A stretch of DNA of 64,000 nucleotides from Candidatus Kapaibacterium sp. (GTDB taxonomy: Bacteria > Patescibacteriota > Patescibacteriia > UBA9934): the NCBI GenBank assembly GCA_044350705.1, contig JBILHA010000001.1, positions 426,676 through 490,675 of the forward strand, in the 5' to 3' direction. The stretch's first letter is position 1. Each line of letters begins with the position of its first letter. Under the pieces are notes generated by a model. That model saw only the letters and a list, made by a program, of their open reading frames with translations, ran no database searches and had not been told where the DNA came from. This document shows positions 56,446-64,000 of this stretch, piece by piece. Position numbers and translations under genes: made by a program.

Positions 56446-57345
56446 TTGGTGTTTCCGGCTATTGAGCCGGGAACGACTACCTCTCTTATGAAATCAGGTT
56501 TTGTGGCCATTATTGGCCGTTCAAACGTGGGAAAGTCCACGCTTCTCAATACCCTTGTGGGCACCAAGGTGGCTATTACCACCCCCAAGCCTCAAACTAC
56601 TCGCCGCCCTATTCAGGGTGTTATTACTCGCCCAGAGGGACAAATTGTCTTCGTAGACACGCCGGGTGTCATGCAAAAAGCCAAGGATGCGCTCACGAAA
56701 AAGCTGCTCGACTTTGCGAAAGACTCTCTCCGCGATATTGACGCGGTCATGTACGTGGTCGACCCTACGCGCTCCATTGGCGACGAGGAAAAACAAGCCT
56801 TTAAATTACTTGAACATGTTTCCGTTCCGAAAATTCTCGTCATTAATAAAATTGATGACCGGACTTCTCGCAACTATATCGATTATTATCGCGATCTTGC
56901 AAAAGAATTCAACGCATACGCGGAAGTTTCTGCATTGACCGGGAAAGACGTTGATACCCTCGTCCGCTGGCTTTTTGAGCAGATGCCTGAAACCGATGAA
57001 CTCCCTTATCCCGAATTCCAGTTTACGAACTTGAGCAATACCGACTGGATGTCCGAGCTCATTCGTGAAAAACTTTTCCTTCGCCTCGATAAAGAGGTTC
57101 CTTATTCTACGCACGTTGAAGTTGATGAAATTGCTGAGCGGGAAAATGGATCGGTGTACGTACATGGTATCGTGTATACCAATGCGGAACGCTATAAACC
57201 CATGATCATCGGGAAAGGCGCACGAGGCATTAAAGAGATCAGTCAGTCTGTACGCAATGAACTTGAAGGAGTTACCGGAAAGAAATATTACATTGAACTT
57301 GAAGTAGCGGTTGATCCGCGTTGGATGGGAAAATATGAAATCTAA
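56446..57345 (+). CDS. era: GTPase Era
   Basis: G1 GRSNVGKST, G3 DTPG, G4 NKID, C-terminal KH domain. Confidence 0.95.
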   Translation: MVFPAIEPGTTTSLMKSGFVAIIGRSNVGKSTLLNTLVGTKVAITTPKPQTTRRPIQGVITRPEGQIVFVDTPGVMQKAKDALTKKLLDFAKDSLRDIDAVMYVVDPTRSIGDEEKQAFKLLEHVSVPKILVINKIDDRTSRNYIDYYRDLAKEFNAYAEVSALTGKDVDTLVRWLFEQMPETDELPYPEFQFTNLSNTDWMSELIREKLFLRLDKEVPYSTHVEVDEIAERENGSVYVHGIVYTNAERYKPMIIGKGARGIKEISQSVRNELEGVTGKKYYIELEVAVDPRWMGKYEI

Positions 57346-57553
57346 GTCTTTCGAAGATGTACTTCGAGAACACCTCCTCAAAAAGCCCGAGACTGAGGAA
57401 ACAAGCACTCCCCAGCAGAATAATGTAAATATCGTCGATGCACTTCAGCCTCTCGCAGCAGCAGGTGCGGAAAATGACGCTGCGCGATCGGTTTTCCAAG
57501 GAGAAGGGGAAGAAGATGATGATACGAACAATGCTGCTCGTGCGGCAAAATAA
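57335..57553 (+). CDS. Small acidic hypothetical protein, start overlapping the era stop
   Basis: About 72 aa (MKSKSFEDVLREHLL...). It ends at a terminator. Confidence 0.35.
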   Translation: MKSKSFEDVLREHLLKKPETEETSTPQQNNVNIVDALQPLAAAGAENDAARSVFQGEGEEDDDTNNAARAAK

Positions 57554-57580
57554 AACACCCAAGTGGGTGTTTTATTTTGT
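57553..57580. terminator. Bidirectional rho-independent terminator (aaaacacccaag-tgggtgtttt)
   Basis: Read directly. Confidence 0.55.
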
Positions 57581-58456
57581 TTGTATATTCGTTACCTTAT
57601 AGCCCTTCACTTTGCTTCCTGGATGAAGAGACTCTATTGCATTCATGAGCCACGAGGTGGGCTTTGGAATAACGGAAAGAATGAGGGGATTCTCTGGATT
57701 TGCGAGGATTTCAAATCGTGCGAAGGTGTTTTCCGCAACAATCGTTGGGACTTTTATCTTTTCATCGTTATACAGCAGCGTAAACGATCCCCACTCCGGC
57801 TCTGCGGTGATCGCAATATACTCGTTATAACCATCGGTCAGTGTAGGGACAATTTCATTTCCTTGAATTTTTTCAGCAAACGCCGCCGCACTTTGATAGT
57901 ACGAAAGCAATCCTTCGAGCACGCTATCTGCTCCCCCGAAAATGACGATCGCTTGTCGCGTATTTGCTAATTGCTCGTACTGTGATTTCGATAGCCATAG
58001 AAGACTATTTTCTTGTCCGCTGAAGTCTTGATCGCCTTCGCTCCAAAATGACGGCAAGGCAACGCGCCTTCCCTCTTCAAGGCCATCTGCACGAAGCGTT
58101 CCCGATCGCACGACCTCTTCGTATACCGGCTCGGGCATTTCAGCCTTTGAACCCACGGGAGTATTCATCGCAGCCGCGCGCGCTTCTTGCGATGCTTGCG
58201 TCTCCTGTCGCTCAGTTCTTGTCCAGGCGATCTCTACCGCTCCTGTATCCTTACTCGTAATACGAACCTGCGTCGTCGGCTCATCAGTAAAGGGATTGTC
58301 AAAGCCCGCAACAGTCTCTCGTAAGATCAATTGAGCGTCTTGCCCAACCAGAACGTCGGTTGCGGCTTTTTCTGTTGCCGCAAGAGGATTCGTACAACCA
58401 ACGCCCAAAAATAGACACATGCTCGCAAAGAAAACGGGGAGAGAACGCATATGCAA
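57572..58456 (-). CDS. Hypothetical lipoprotein
   Basis: Lipobox LFLGVGC after a signal peptide. 294 aa. Confidence 0.55.
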   Translation of the reverse strand: MHMRSLPVFFASMCLFLGVGCTNPLAATEKAATDVLVGQDAQLILRETVAGFDNPFTDEPTTQVRITSKDTGAVEIAWTRTERQETQASQEARAAAMNTPVGSKAEMPEPVYEEVVRSGTLRADGLEEGRRVALPSFWSEGDQDFSGQENSLLWLSKSQYEQLANTRQAIVIFGGADSVLEGLLSYYQSAAAFAEKIQGNEIVPTLTDGYNEYIAITAEPEWGSFTLLYNDEKIKVPTIVAENTFARFEILANPENPLILSVIPKPTSWLMNAIESLHPGSKVKGYKVTNIQTK

Positions 58457-58473
58457 GCATCATAGCAAACCGC

Positions 58474-58679
58474 CTATTTCTGATAGATGAATATGTCCTC
58501 AATTGCACAGTGAAAGAGTTTCGCAATGCGATATGCCAATAAGAGGCTCGGGGAACAATTGCATTGCTCAAGTGTCGCAATTGTTCTTCGCGAAATTCCG
58601 AGCTTTTGCGCAAGTTCTTCCTGCGTCATTTTTTGCAGTACGCGATATGCGCGTAATTGAGAAGTGAGGGTGCCCATAG
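58474..58679 (-). CDS. XRE-family helix-turn-helix transcriptional regulator
   Basis: MGTLTSQLRAYRVLQKMTQEELAQKLGISRRTIATLEQ is a Cro/C1-type HTH. The track ORF extends upstream, but Met at about 58679 is the likely start. Confidence 0.7.
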
Positions 58680-59067
58680 TGTTATAAAAGTAACCGTGTG
58701 AGGTCTGTTTAAGGAAGTGAGAGAATAGGGGGGGCTTCGTTGAGATTATCATGGAAAATAAAGCCGTATCGTCGAGAGCTCCCGATCAGGGCTCAGGGAG
58801 TCACCTTCTTTATTTTTGTGTAAAGAATGAAGTATCAAAATGAGAACTTTACTTCACATTCATTTAAAAAACCCAACAGATACTTAAATTGATCTTTTCT
58901 TATAGCGAAAGCGGTGGATCTCAGAAGGTCATTTTTATTGGAAAATATTCACATATGTGAAATAAACTTCACATTTCAAAACAGAGTGAAACAATGAAAA
59001 AATAACCCCCATTCTTACCTCCAGAAAGCAGTCAATCCCGCTCTCCTTTACTTCTTTCGCAGAATAT

Positions 59068-59331
59068 CTACATCCCTTCCCCCTTCATCCAGCGTCGCAA
59101 ACGATCTTCATCGCACGATCCACAAATATAGGTTCCGTTTTCATCATTGTAAAAAAAGGGGACTCCTCCGCAGAGACCGCGATCAATGAGCTGCAACTGC
59201 ATGGCATTTGCTTCGTTATTCCACACTTCCATCTTCTTTACTTCGACTCCCAATTCTTTTTCGAGTTTCTCTATCATCGGCATCATTTCAATGCAGTGTG
59301 GGCACGTTTCTCCGTAAAATTCCATGAGCAT
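59068..59331 (-). CDS. Glutaredoxin/thioredoxin-like small redox protein
   Basis: CPHC active-site motif. 87 aa. Confidence 0.7.
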   Translation of the reverse strand: MLMEFYGETCPHCIEMMPMIEKLEKELGVEVKKMEVWNNEANAMQLQLIDRGLCGGVPFFYNDENGTYICGSCDEDRLRRWMKGEGM

Positions 59332-59340
59332 ACAAAGATG

Positions 59341-60267
59341 TTAAGAGGTTTGGTCAGCTTCTTTTATTTTAATACACTTTTTCTCATCCACTGAAATAAA
59401 TGCATCTTTTTGTAATCCCTTGACGAGACGATCGACGCGTTCCTCATCAAAGAGATCGATTTCTCTTCCCACTTCATGACGACGCAGCGTTCCATACTTG
59501 TGTAATGCTCGCAATATGCGGCCGCGATACATCCGATCTGATCCTTCAAATTTCTTCTGCTTCACCTTCACGATATCATCTCCTCCGCAGGGATATGAGG
59601 CACAGATCGTTTGGAGGGGGCAGGTCTCGCACTGCGGTCGCCTCGCGGTGCATTTACTCGCACCCAAGTCCATGAGTGCATGATTCCAAGAGGCAACATC
59701 TTCAGGCACTACTTCTTTTGCGAGTACTGCAATTGCTTTTGCATCTTTTCCATGAAATTTAAATACCCGACGAAGTACCCGATCGATATTCGTATCTACC
59801 GGCGCTGATCCCTTCTTTCTGAATGCAAACGCCGCAACTGCCGCAGCGGTGTACGGACCAATCCCTGGAAGTTCGCGCATCTTTTCTTCTTCGTCGGGGA
59901 AGGCACCCCGCTCCTCTACGGTTGTCGCGAGCTTCTGGAGCATGAGTGCACGGCGGTTATAACCGAGTCCGCTCCATGCGCGCAGCACATCAGCGGTTTT
60001 TGCGCGTGCAAGGGCCTGCCACGTAGGAAACAGCTGCAACCACATTTCCCACTTTGGACGCACCCGATCTACCTGTGTTTGCTGAAGCATCACTTCAGAA
60101 AGCACGATCGCATACGGATCACGAGTTTTTCTCCATGGCAAATCCCGCTTTGCTTTTTCATACCAGGCAAGGAGCATTTCACGCATGGCTGTGATACGCT
60201 CTTGGTGCGTCATACGCGCTCTACTGTATGCAACCCTCCCCCAACCCCGCAATGCGGTTATCCGCAC
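59341..60267 (-). CDS. HhH-GPD base-excision DNA glycosylase, MutY/Nth family
   Basis: LSEVMLQQTQV, helix-hairpin-helix LPGIGPYTAAAV, catalytic D in VDTNIDRV, and a 4Fe-4S Cys cluster C-x6-C-x2-C-x5-C. Confidence 0.8.
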   Translation of the reverse strand: MRITALRGWGRVAYSRARMTHQERITAMREMLLAWYEKAKRDLPWRKTRDPYAIVLSEVMLQQTQVDRVRPKWEMWLQLFPTWQALARAKTADVLRAWSGLGYNRRALMLQKLATTVEERGAFPDEEEKMRELPGIGPYTAAAVAAFAFRKKGSAPVDTNIDRVLRRVFKFHGKDAKAIAVLAKEVVPEDVASWNHALMDLGASKCTARRPQCETCPLQTICASYPCGGDDIVKVKQKKFEGSDRMYRGRILRALHKYGTLRRHEVGREIDLFDEERVDRLVKGLQKDAFISVDEKKCIKIKEADQTS

Positions 60268-60857
60268 CAGCCCTCGTCGTCTTTTTCATCCTTTTCCTCA
60301 CCCTCTTTCTTCTTATCGGCAATCGACTAGACTGGAAGATCGCGGGCGGTGCAGGTGCGGGATCCCATGCCGACGCCATTCTCGTGCGTACCACGGATCC
60401 CGCCTCCCCTCTCTCTCTGCAACGAGGAGAAGTGATTACCACCGATGCACGCACTTTTTCTTCCTATCAGGTACATAACCGCTGCACGGTAGATCTTGCA
60501 GAAAATTCCTCCCTTCTTTTTCAGGATGGTCGGACAACCTCTCACGTCTTTGGTTTTCTCACGGGACGCATCGTTGCTCACGGTGATTGCACCTTTGTCA
60601 TCCGAGAAATGGAGATCAGTACTTCTGGGACTGCGACGCTTGTGCATTATTCCTGGCTCGACAAAGTGATCGTGAAAGCCCTCGAGGGGAGTACTGTAGT
60701 GAGCCAGGGCACTGACGTGACGACCGCGCTTACCCCCGAAAGTCCCGCCTATCGTTTCTCTACACTCCCTTCAGATCTCACTCATGAGGCAACCGATTTC
60801 TCCCTTGAGCAGAATAATTTGGTATCATCTTTTTATACATGGAGCTTATCTCAATAA
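60228..60857 (+). CDS. Hypothetical membrane-anchored protein
   Basis: 209 aa. N-terminal TM (ALVVFFILFLTLFLLIG). No motif. Confidence 0.45.
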   Translation: MQPSPNPAMRLSAPALVVFFILFLTLFLLIGNRLDWKIAGGAGAGSHADAILVRTTDPASPLSLQRGEVITTDARTFSSYQVHNRCTVDLAENSSLLFQDGRTTSHVFGFLTGRIVAHGDCTFVIREMEISTSGTATLVHYSWLDKVIVKALEGSTVVSQGTDVTTALTPESPAYRFSTLPSDLTHEATDFSLEQNNLVSSFYTWSLSQ

Positions 60858-60860
60858 CGT

Positions 60861-61472
60861 ATGGAAGGCGGCAAACACCCAGAAAAAAGAAAAGAATTTC
60901 TCACTCATCCTGCACAGCGGACCAAGGAAAGTCTGCTTGCGGCAATACAAAAAGCTCGCGAAGCGTACGAAATCGGCAAGACGCTTCATCAAGATCCTGA
61001 GGTTCGCACGGGGAGTGAGGCGGCATTCCGCAGCGCACTCAACATCGCGATTTCATGCGTTGATGTCGTCCCTGGCGCAGGAGAAGTAGCTTCATGGGGC
61101 GCTGATCTTCTCAAGATCATAGAAGAGATACAGTATCGTCAAAAAAAGCGCGAGGTCGAGAAAGCAGGAGGTGATGTTTCTCAAATACAACGAAAAAAAT
61201 ACAATCTCACTCCTGATGTACATTTGCTCCTTGCAACAAGCACTGAAGCGCTTGAAGCGCTTTCTTTCTTCACCTTTCCCACCCATGCCTTTGAAACCCT
61301 TAACCAACTTTGGTACGACATTCCCCGCATGATCAAGGGCGCACGGAGAGCACGCGCGCTCTTAGAGGAAGTGCGACAAAAACACGCTCGTGCCCGGGAA
61401 GCCGCCGAGCGTTTTGCCGCTCGTCAGCATTTCGAAGAGTACATGTGGGGAAATGGCGATAAAAAAGAATAA
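60861..61472 (+). CDS. Hypothetical protein
   Basis: 203 aa ORF. Helical, no motif. Confidence 0.45.
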   Translation: MEGGKHPEKRKEFLTHPAQRTKESLLAAIQKAREAYEIGKTLHQDPEVRTGSEAAFRSALNIAISCVDVVPGAGEVASWGADLLKIIEEIQYRQKKREVEKAGGDVSQIQRKKYNLTPDVHLLLATSTEALEALSFFTFPTHAFETLNQLWYDIPRMIKGARRARALLEEVRQKHARAREAAERFAARQHFEEYMWGNGDKKE

Positions 61473-61704
61473 TCGTATGACCGACAAAGAAGCATTACAG
61501 GAGCTTATTTACGTAGCGCCTGTTTCCGAAGAGGATAAGGCGCGCATGCTCGCTTATATTCCGAAAATGACCGATGAGGAAGTACAAGACTTGGGCAGCA
61601 TTCTCGCCGTACAAGAAATGATGCTTGATCAGAAAATTGCGCACGCCATTGAAAAGATTGATACCTTCCTAGATCAGCAGGAAGCAAGGGAAAAAGAGCG
61701 GTAA
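61453..61704 (+). CDS. Small hypothetical protein (about 83 aa)
   Basis: Internal start MAIKKNN... of the track ORF 61390..61704. Overlaps the previous gene. It ends at a terminator. Confidence 0.35.
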   Translation: MAIKKNNRMTDKEALQELIYVAPVSEEDKARMLAYIPKMTDEEVQDLGSILAVQEMMLDQKIAHAIEKIDTFLDQQEAREKER

Positions 61705-61720
61705 TTCCGCTCTTTTTTTA
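61695..61720. terminator. Bidirectional rho-independent terminator (agagcgg-taat-tccgctct + TTTTTTT)
   Basis: Read directly. Confidence 0.55.
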
Positions 61721-63058
61721 CAGTTCGTAGACCTGATGCATGCGAGGAATCAGCACTTCTGCATGCGTACTTGCTTGGAGGTACGATGCAAAACTCATCT
61801 TCGCCTCATCCTCTCCGTGCACGAGAAAGATTTTTTCCACACTTCCCTCTTCTGGGTGCAGCCACCGCGCGAGCTTCCCTCGATCCCCATGCGCCGAAAA
61901 TGATCCGATCATTTCTACCTCTGCACGTACCTCGGTTTCCTGGCCGAATATTTTTACGGTTGGTGCTTTATTGAGGATCTTTCTCCCGAGGGTTCCCGGA
62001 GCTTGGAATCCAATGACGAGCAACCCCGCACGCGCGTCACCGAGATAGCGCTTGAGGTGATGGAGAATCCTTCCTCCGGTCATCATGCCATTCCCCGCAA
62101 TAATAATTTTTGGCCCATGATCGTCATTGATCTTTTTACTTTCGTCCGCAGAAAGTGTTTCGCGGAGCGAAGGGAAAGAAAAGAAGTCAGTCTGCATGAG
62201 GGGGTGATCCACGCGCAAATGATGCGCAAAGTGGCGATAGATCGATGTCGCACGGATCGCGAGCGGACTATCAAGATAAATCGGTACATGCGGCAGTCTT
62301 CCCTGCGTAATAAGCAGGTCTAGCTCATAGAGTAGCTCTTGGGTGCGCTCCACCGAGAATGCGGGAATAAGGAGCGTTCCTCTTCTCCCAAGCACCTTCT
62401 TTGCAAAAGAAAGGAGTCTTTCTCCGCGCTCTGCGGTCGGTTCGTGATCCCGATCTCCGTACGTCGCCTCACATACGACATAGTTTGCGCGGTGCAAGGG
62501 CTCGGTATCCGGAAGAATGGGCACATCATCGTTTCCAATGTCCCCCGAGAATACAAAACGTTTTCCTTCGACATCAATTGAAATGTACGCAGAACCAAGA
62601 ATGTGTCCGGCATCATGGAACATGATTGAAATACCTGGCGCAGGTTCAAACGCTGTATGGTAATTCACGCCATGCACCTGACTCAGCATGGCGTCTTTAT
62701 CTTCTTTGCTATAGGGAACTTCATCGCCGCAGCGCTCAGCATTCTCTCGCATGATATTGAGCGAATCTTCAAGCACAATATCCGCAAGCGCCTTAGTGGG
62801 AGGCGTCATAAAAATAGGTCCGGTATACCCTTGAGCGATAAGCTCAGGCAAACGTCCCGTATGATCGAAGTGCGCATGCGTGACTACCACTGCAACGATC
62901 TTTTTGACATCAAATGAAAAAGGGTCGAGCGTGCGCAATATGCACAATCGCTCGCCCTGCTTCATACCACAATCAATAAGCACGTTCCCTGCTGCCGTTT
63001 CAAGCAAGAAACACGATCCCGTCACCTCCTCTGTGGCACCGTGAAACGACAGCTTCAT
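61718..63058 (-). CDS. MBL-fold beta-CASP family ribonuclease (CPSF/Ysh1/RNase J-like)
   Basis: HAHFDHTG metallo-beta-lactamase motif, beta-CASP region, C-terminal HGE motif. Start at MKLSFHG with RBS AGGAAGG (the track ORF extends to 63145). Confidence 0.8.
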   Translation of the reverse strand: MKLSFHGATEEVTGSCFLLETAAGNVLIDCGMKQGERLCILRTLDPFSFDVKKIVAVVVTHAHFDHTGRLPELIAQGYTGPIFMTPPTKALADIVLEDSLNIMRENAERCGDEVPYSKEDKDAMLSQVHGVNYHTAFEPAPGISIMFHDAGHILGSAYISIDVEGKRFVFSGDIGNDDVPILPDTEPLHRANYVVCEATYGDRDHEPTAERGERLLSFAKKVLGRRGTLLIPAFSVERTQELLYELDLLITQGRLPHVPIYLDSPLAIRATSIYRHFAHHLRVDHPLMQTDFFSFPSLRETLSADESKKINDDHGPKIIIAGNGMMTGGRILHHLKRYLGDARAGLLVIGFQAPGTLGRKILNKAPTVKIFGQETEVRAEVEMIGSFSAHGDRGKLARWLHPEEGSVEKIFLVHGEDEAKMSFASYLQASTHAEVLIPRMHQVYEL

Positions 63059-63062
63059 AGAT

Positions 63063-63287
63063 TTAGCCTTCCTGACAACGTCGCTCGAACTCGGTATATC
63101 GAGCGCGTAGATGAGTAATATGACCTTCAATATTCTGGTCCTCATTTAATTCTCCCATACGAAGCATGTCGTCAATAACTTCTTCCACAAGAGCGTGATA
63201 CTGCTCTTCACCAGCAATACCCTGCATCATGCCTTCTTCAACAATACGTTCGAAAATTTCTTCTTCAGAAAATGTAAGATTATCCAT
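63063..63287 (-). CDS. Small acidic hypothetical protein upstream of the beta-CASP RNase
   Basis: 74 aa. Its stop is 5 nt from the RNase start. Confidence 0.35.
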   Translation of the reverse strand: MDNLTFSEEEIFERIVEEGMMQGIAGEEQYHALVEEVIDDMLRMGELNEDQNIEGHITHLRARYTEFERRCQEG

Positions 63288-63425
63288 ATAAGGTGATTAC
63301 AGGGAAAGTATACCGAGGATACGCATGAGCGCAAAGTGAAGAGCGGGGAAAAAGAGGGGTTTTTCGTATTTGTAAAATTTTCTTAAAAACGCTAAAATGG
63401 CGCATTCCTTGGTTTATCCGCATTT

Positions 63426-64000
63426 ATGCTCAACTGGTCCTCCCTCCCCAAGCCCATTGTCTGCCTTTCTCCTATGGCCGACATGACCGACTCCGCTTTT
63501 TGCCAAGTCGTGCGCGAAGTTACCGAAGAAAAAGGTCAGAAAAATGACCACCTTATTGTTTTTCGAGAAATGGTCTCCGCTGAAGCGGTGGTTCGCGGTA
63601 ATGAAAAGACGCTCGACATGACTGATATTCATCCGGCAGAGCGCCCCCTCGTGCAGCAGATTTTCGGGAGCGATCCTGCAACCATGGCCGCTGCCGCACA
63701 AAAAATAGAGGCGGAACATCATCCTGAAGGATTTGATATCAACATGGGTTGTCCCGTGTATAAAATTGTGCACAACTTTAACGGGTGCGCGCTCATGAAA
63801 GACCCTGCCGTTGCCGCACAGATCGTGAAGGAAATGAAAAAGGTGATCACCGTTCCGCTTTCCGTAAAAATTCGCTTAGGCTGGTCTGACCCGACAGACT
63901 GCCTTACCTTCGTTGAAGTGCTCGAAGATGCGGGGGCGGACCTGATCACCATCCACGGCCGCACAAAGGCGCAAGGCTACTCGGGCGTTGCTGATTGGCG
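63426..64000 (+). CDS. dus: tRNA-dihydrouridine synthase (3'-truncated by the window end)
   Basis: DINMGCP, VKIRLGW and ITIHGRT Dus motifs in a manually translated frame from ATG 63426. Confidence 0.8.
   Translation, partial: MLNWSSLPKPIVCLSPMADMTDSAFCQVVREVTEEKGQKNDHLIVFREMVSAEAVVRGNEKTLDMTDIHPAERPLVQQIFGSDPATMAAAAQKIEAEHHPEGFDINMGCPVYKIVHNFNGCALMKDPAVAAQIVKEMKKVITVPLSVKIRLGWSDPTDCLTFVEVLEDAGADLITIHGRTKAQGYSGVADW

Overview
This 64 kb window looks like a compact bacterial chromosome segment with roughly 50% GC, many overlapping or abutting genes, and long same-strand gene arrays. Most of it is housekeeping genes. These include a partial class-I photolyase and a divergent PF04244/cryptochrome-like paralog, a MacAB-type ABC efflux set, an ECF sigma/anti-sigma pair, peroxiredoxin, MurJ, CysS, a CIRCE-controlled hrcA-grpE-dnaK-dnaJ heat-shock region, a Kef-type antiporter, GlmS, MurF, two tandem GT2 glycosyltransferases, a TrmL-like and an RlmD-like RNA methyltransferase, UppS, Era, a MutY/Nth glycosylase, a beta-CASP RNase and a partial Dus. 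There are two tRNAs, Glu(CUC) on the minus strand and Arg(CCG) on the plus strand.

Two giant secreted proteins stand out. One is a tandem-repeat surface protein (~1130 aa) with near-identical internal DNA repeats. The other is a 2035-aa GLUG-repeat protein ending in two peptidoglycan-binding domains. The first sits in one minus-strand array with a PduL phosphotransacylase, a CARDB/TSP3/PKD protein and MurJ.

Two accessory regions are the most interesting.

- A strongly AT-rich island at about 20.6-24.4 kb carries a tightly coupled three-gene operon: a MazG-like NTP pyrophosphohydrolase, a PD-(D/E)xK nuclease fused to a DUF2075/SF1 helicase (Nhi/Schlafen-like), and an unknown 208-aa protein. 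A separate small HEPN-like (Rx4H) protein lies just downstream of cysS. I regard this operon as the best candidate for an undescribed, defense-like system in the window.
- A GC-rich segment of about 4 kb at 43.05-47.16 kb ends in a large serine recombinase abutting tRNA-Glu. Next to it is a GIY-YIG gene flanked by a 22-nt duplicate of the tRNA 5' end.

Smaller points: a (GGGGAGTGA)x6 microsatellite upstream of dnaJ, GC-anomalous islets at 11.3-11.7 kb and 25.9-26.9 kb containing small membrane ORFs, several clear rho-independent terminators, and TTCACAT palindromes upstream of an XRE regulator. I found no CRISPR array and no rRNA.
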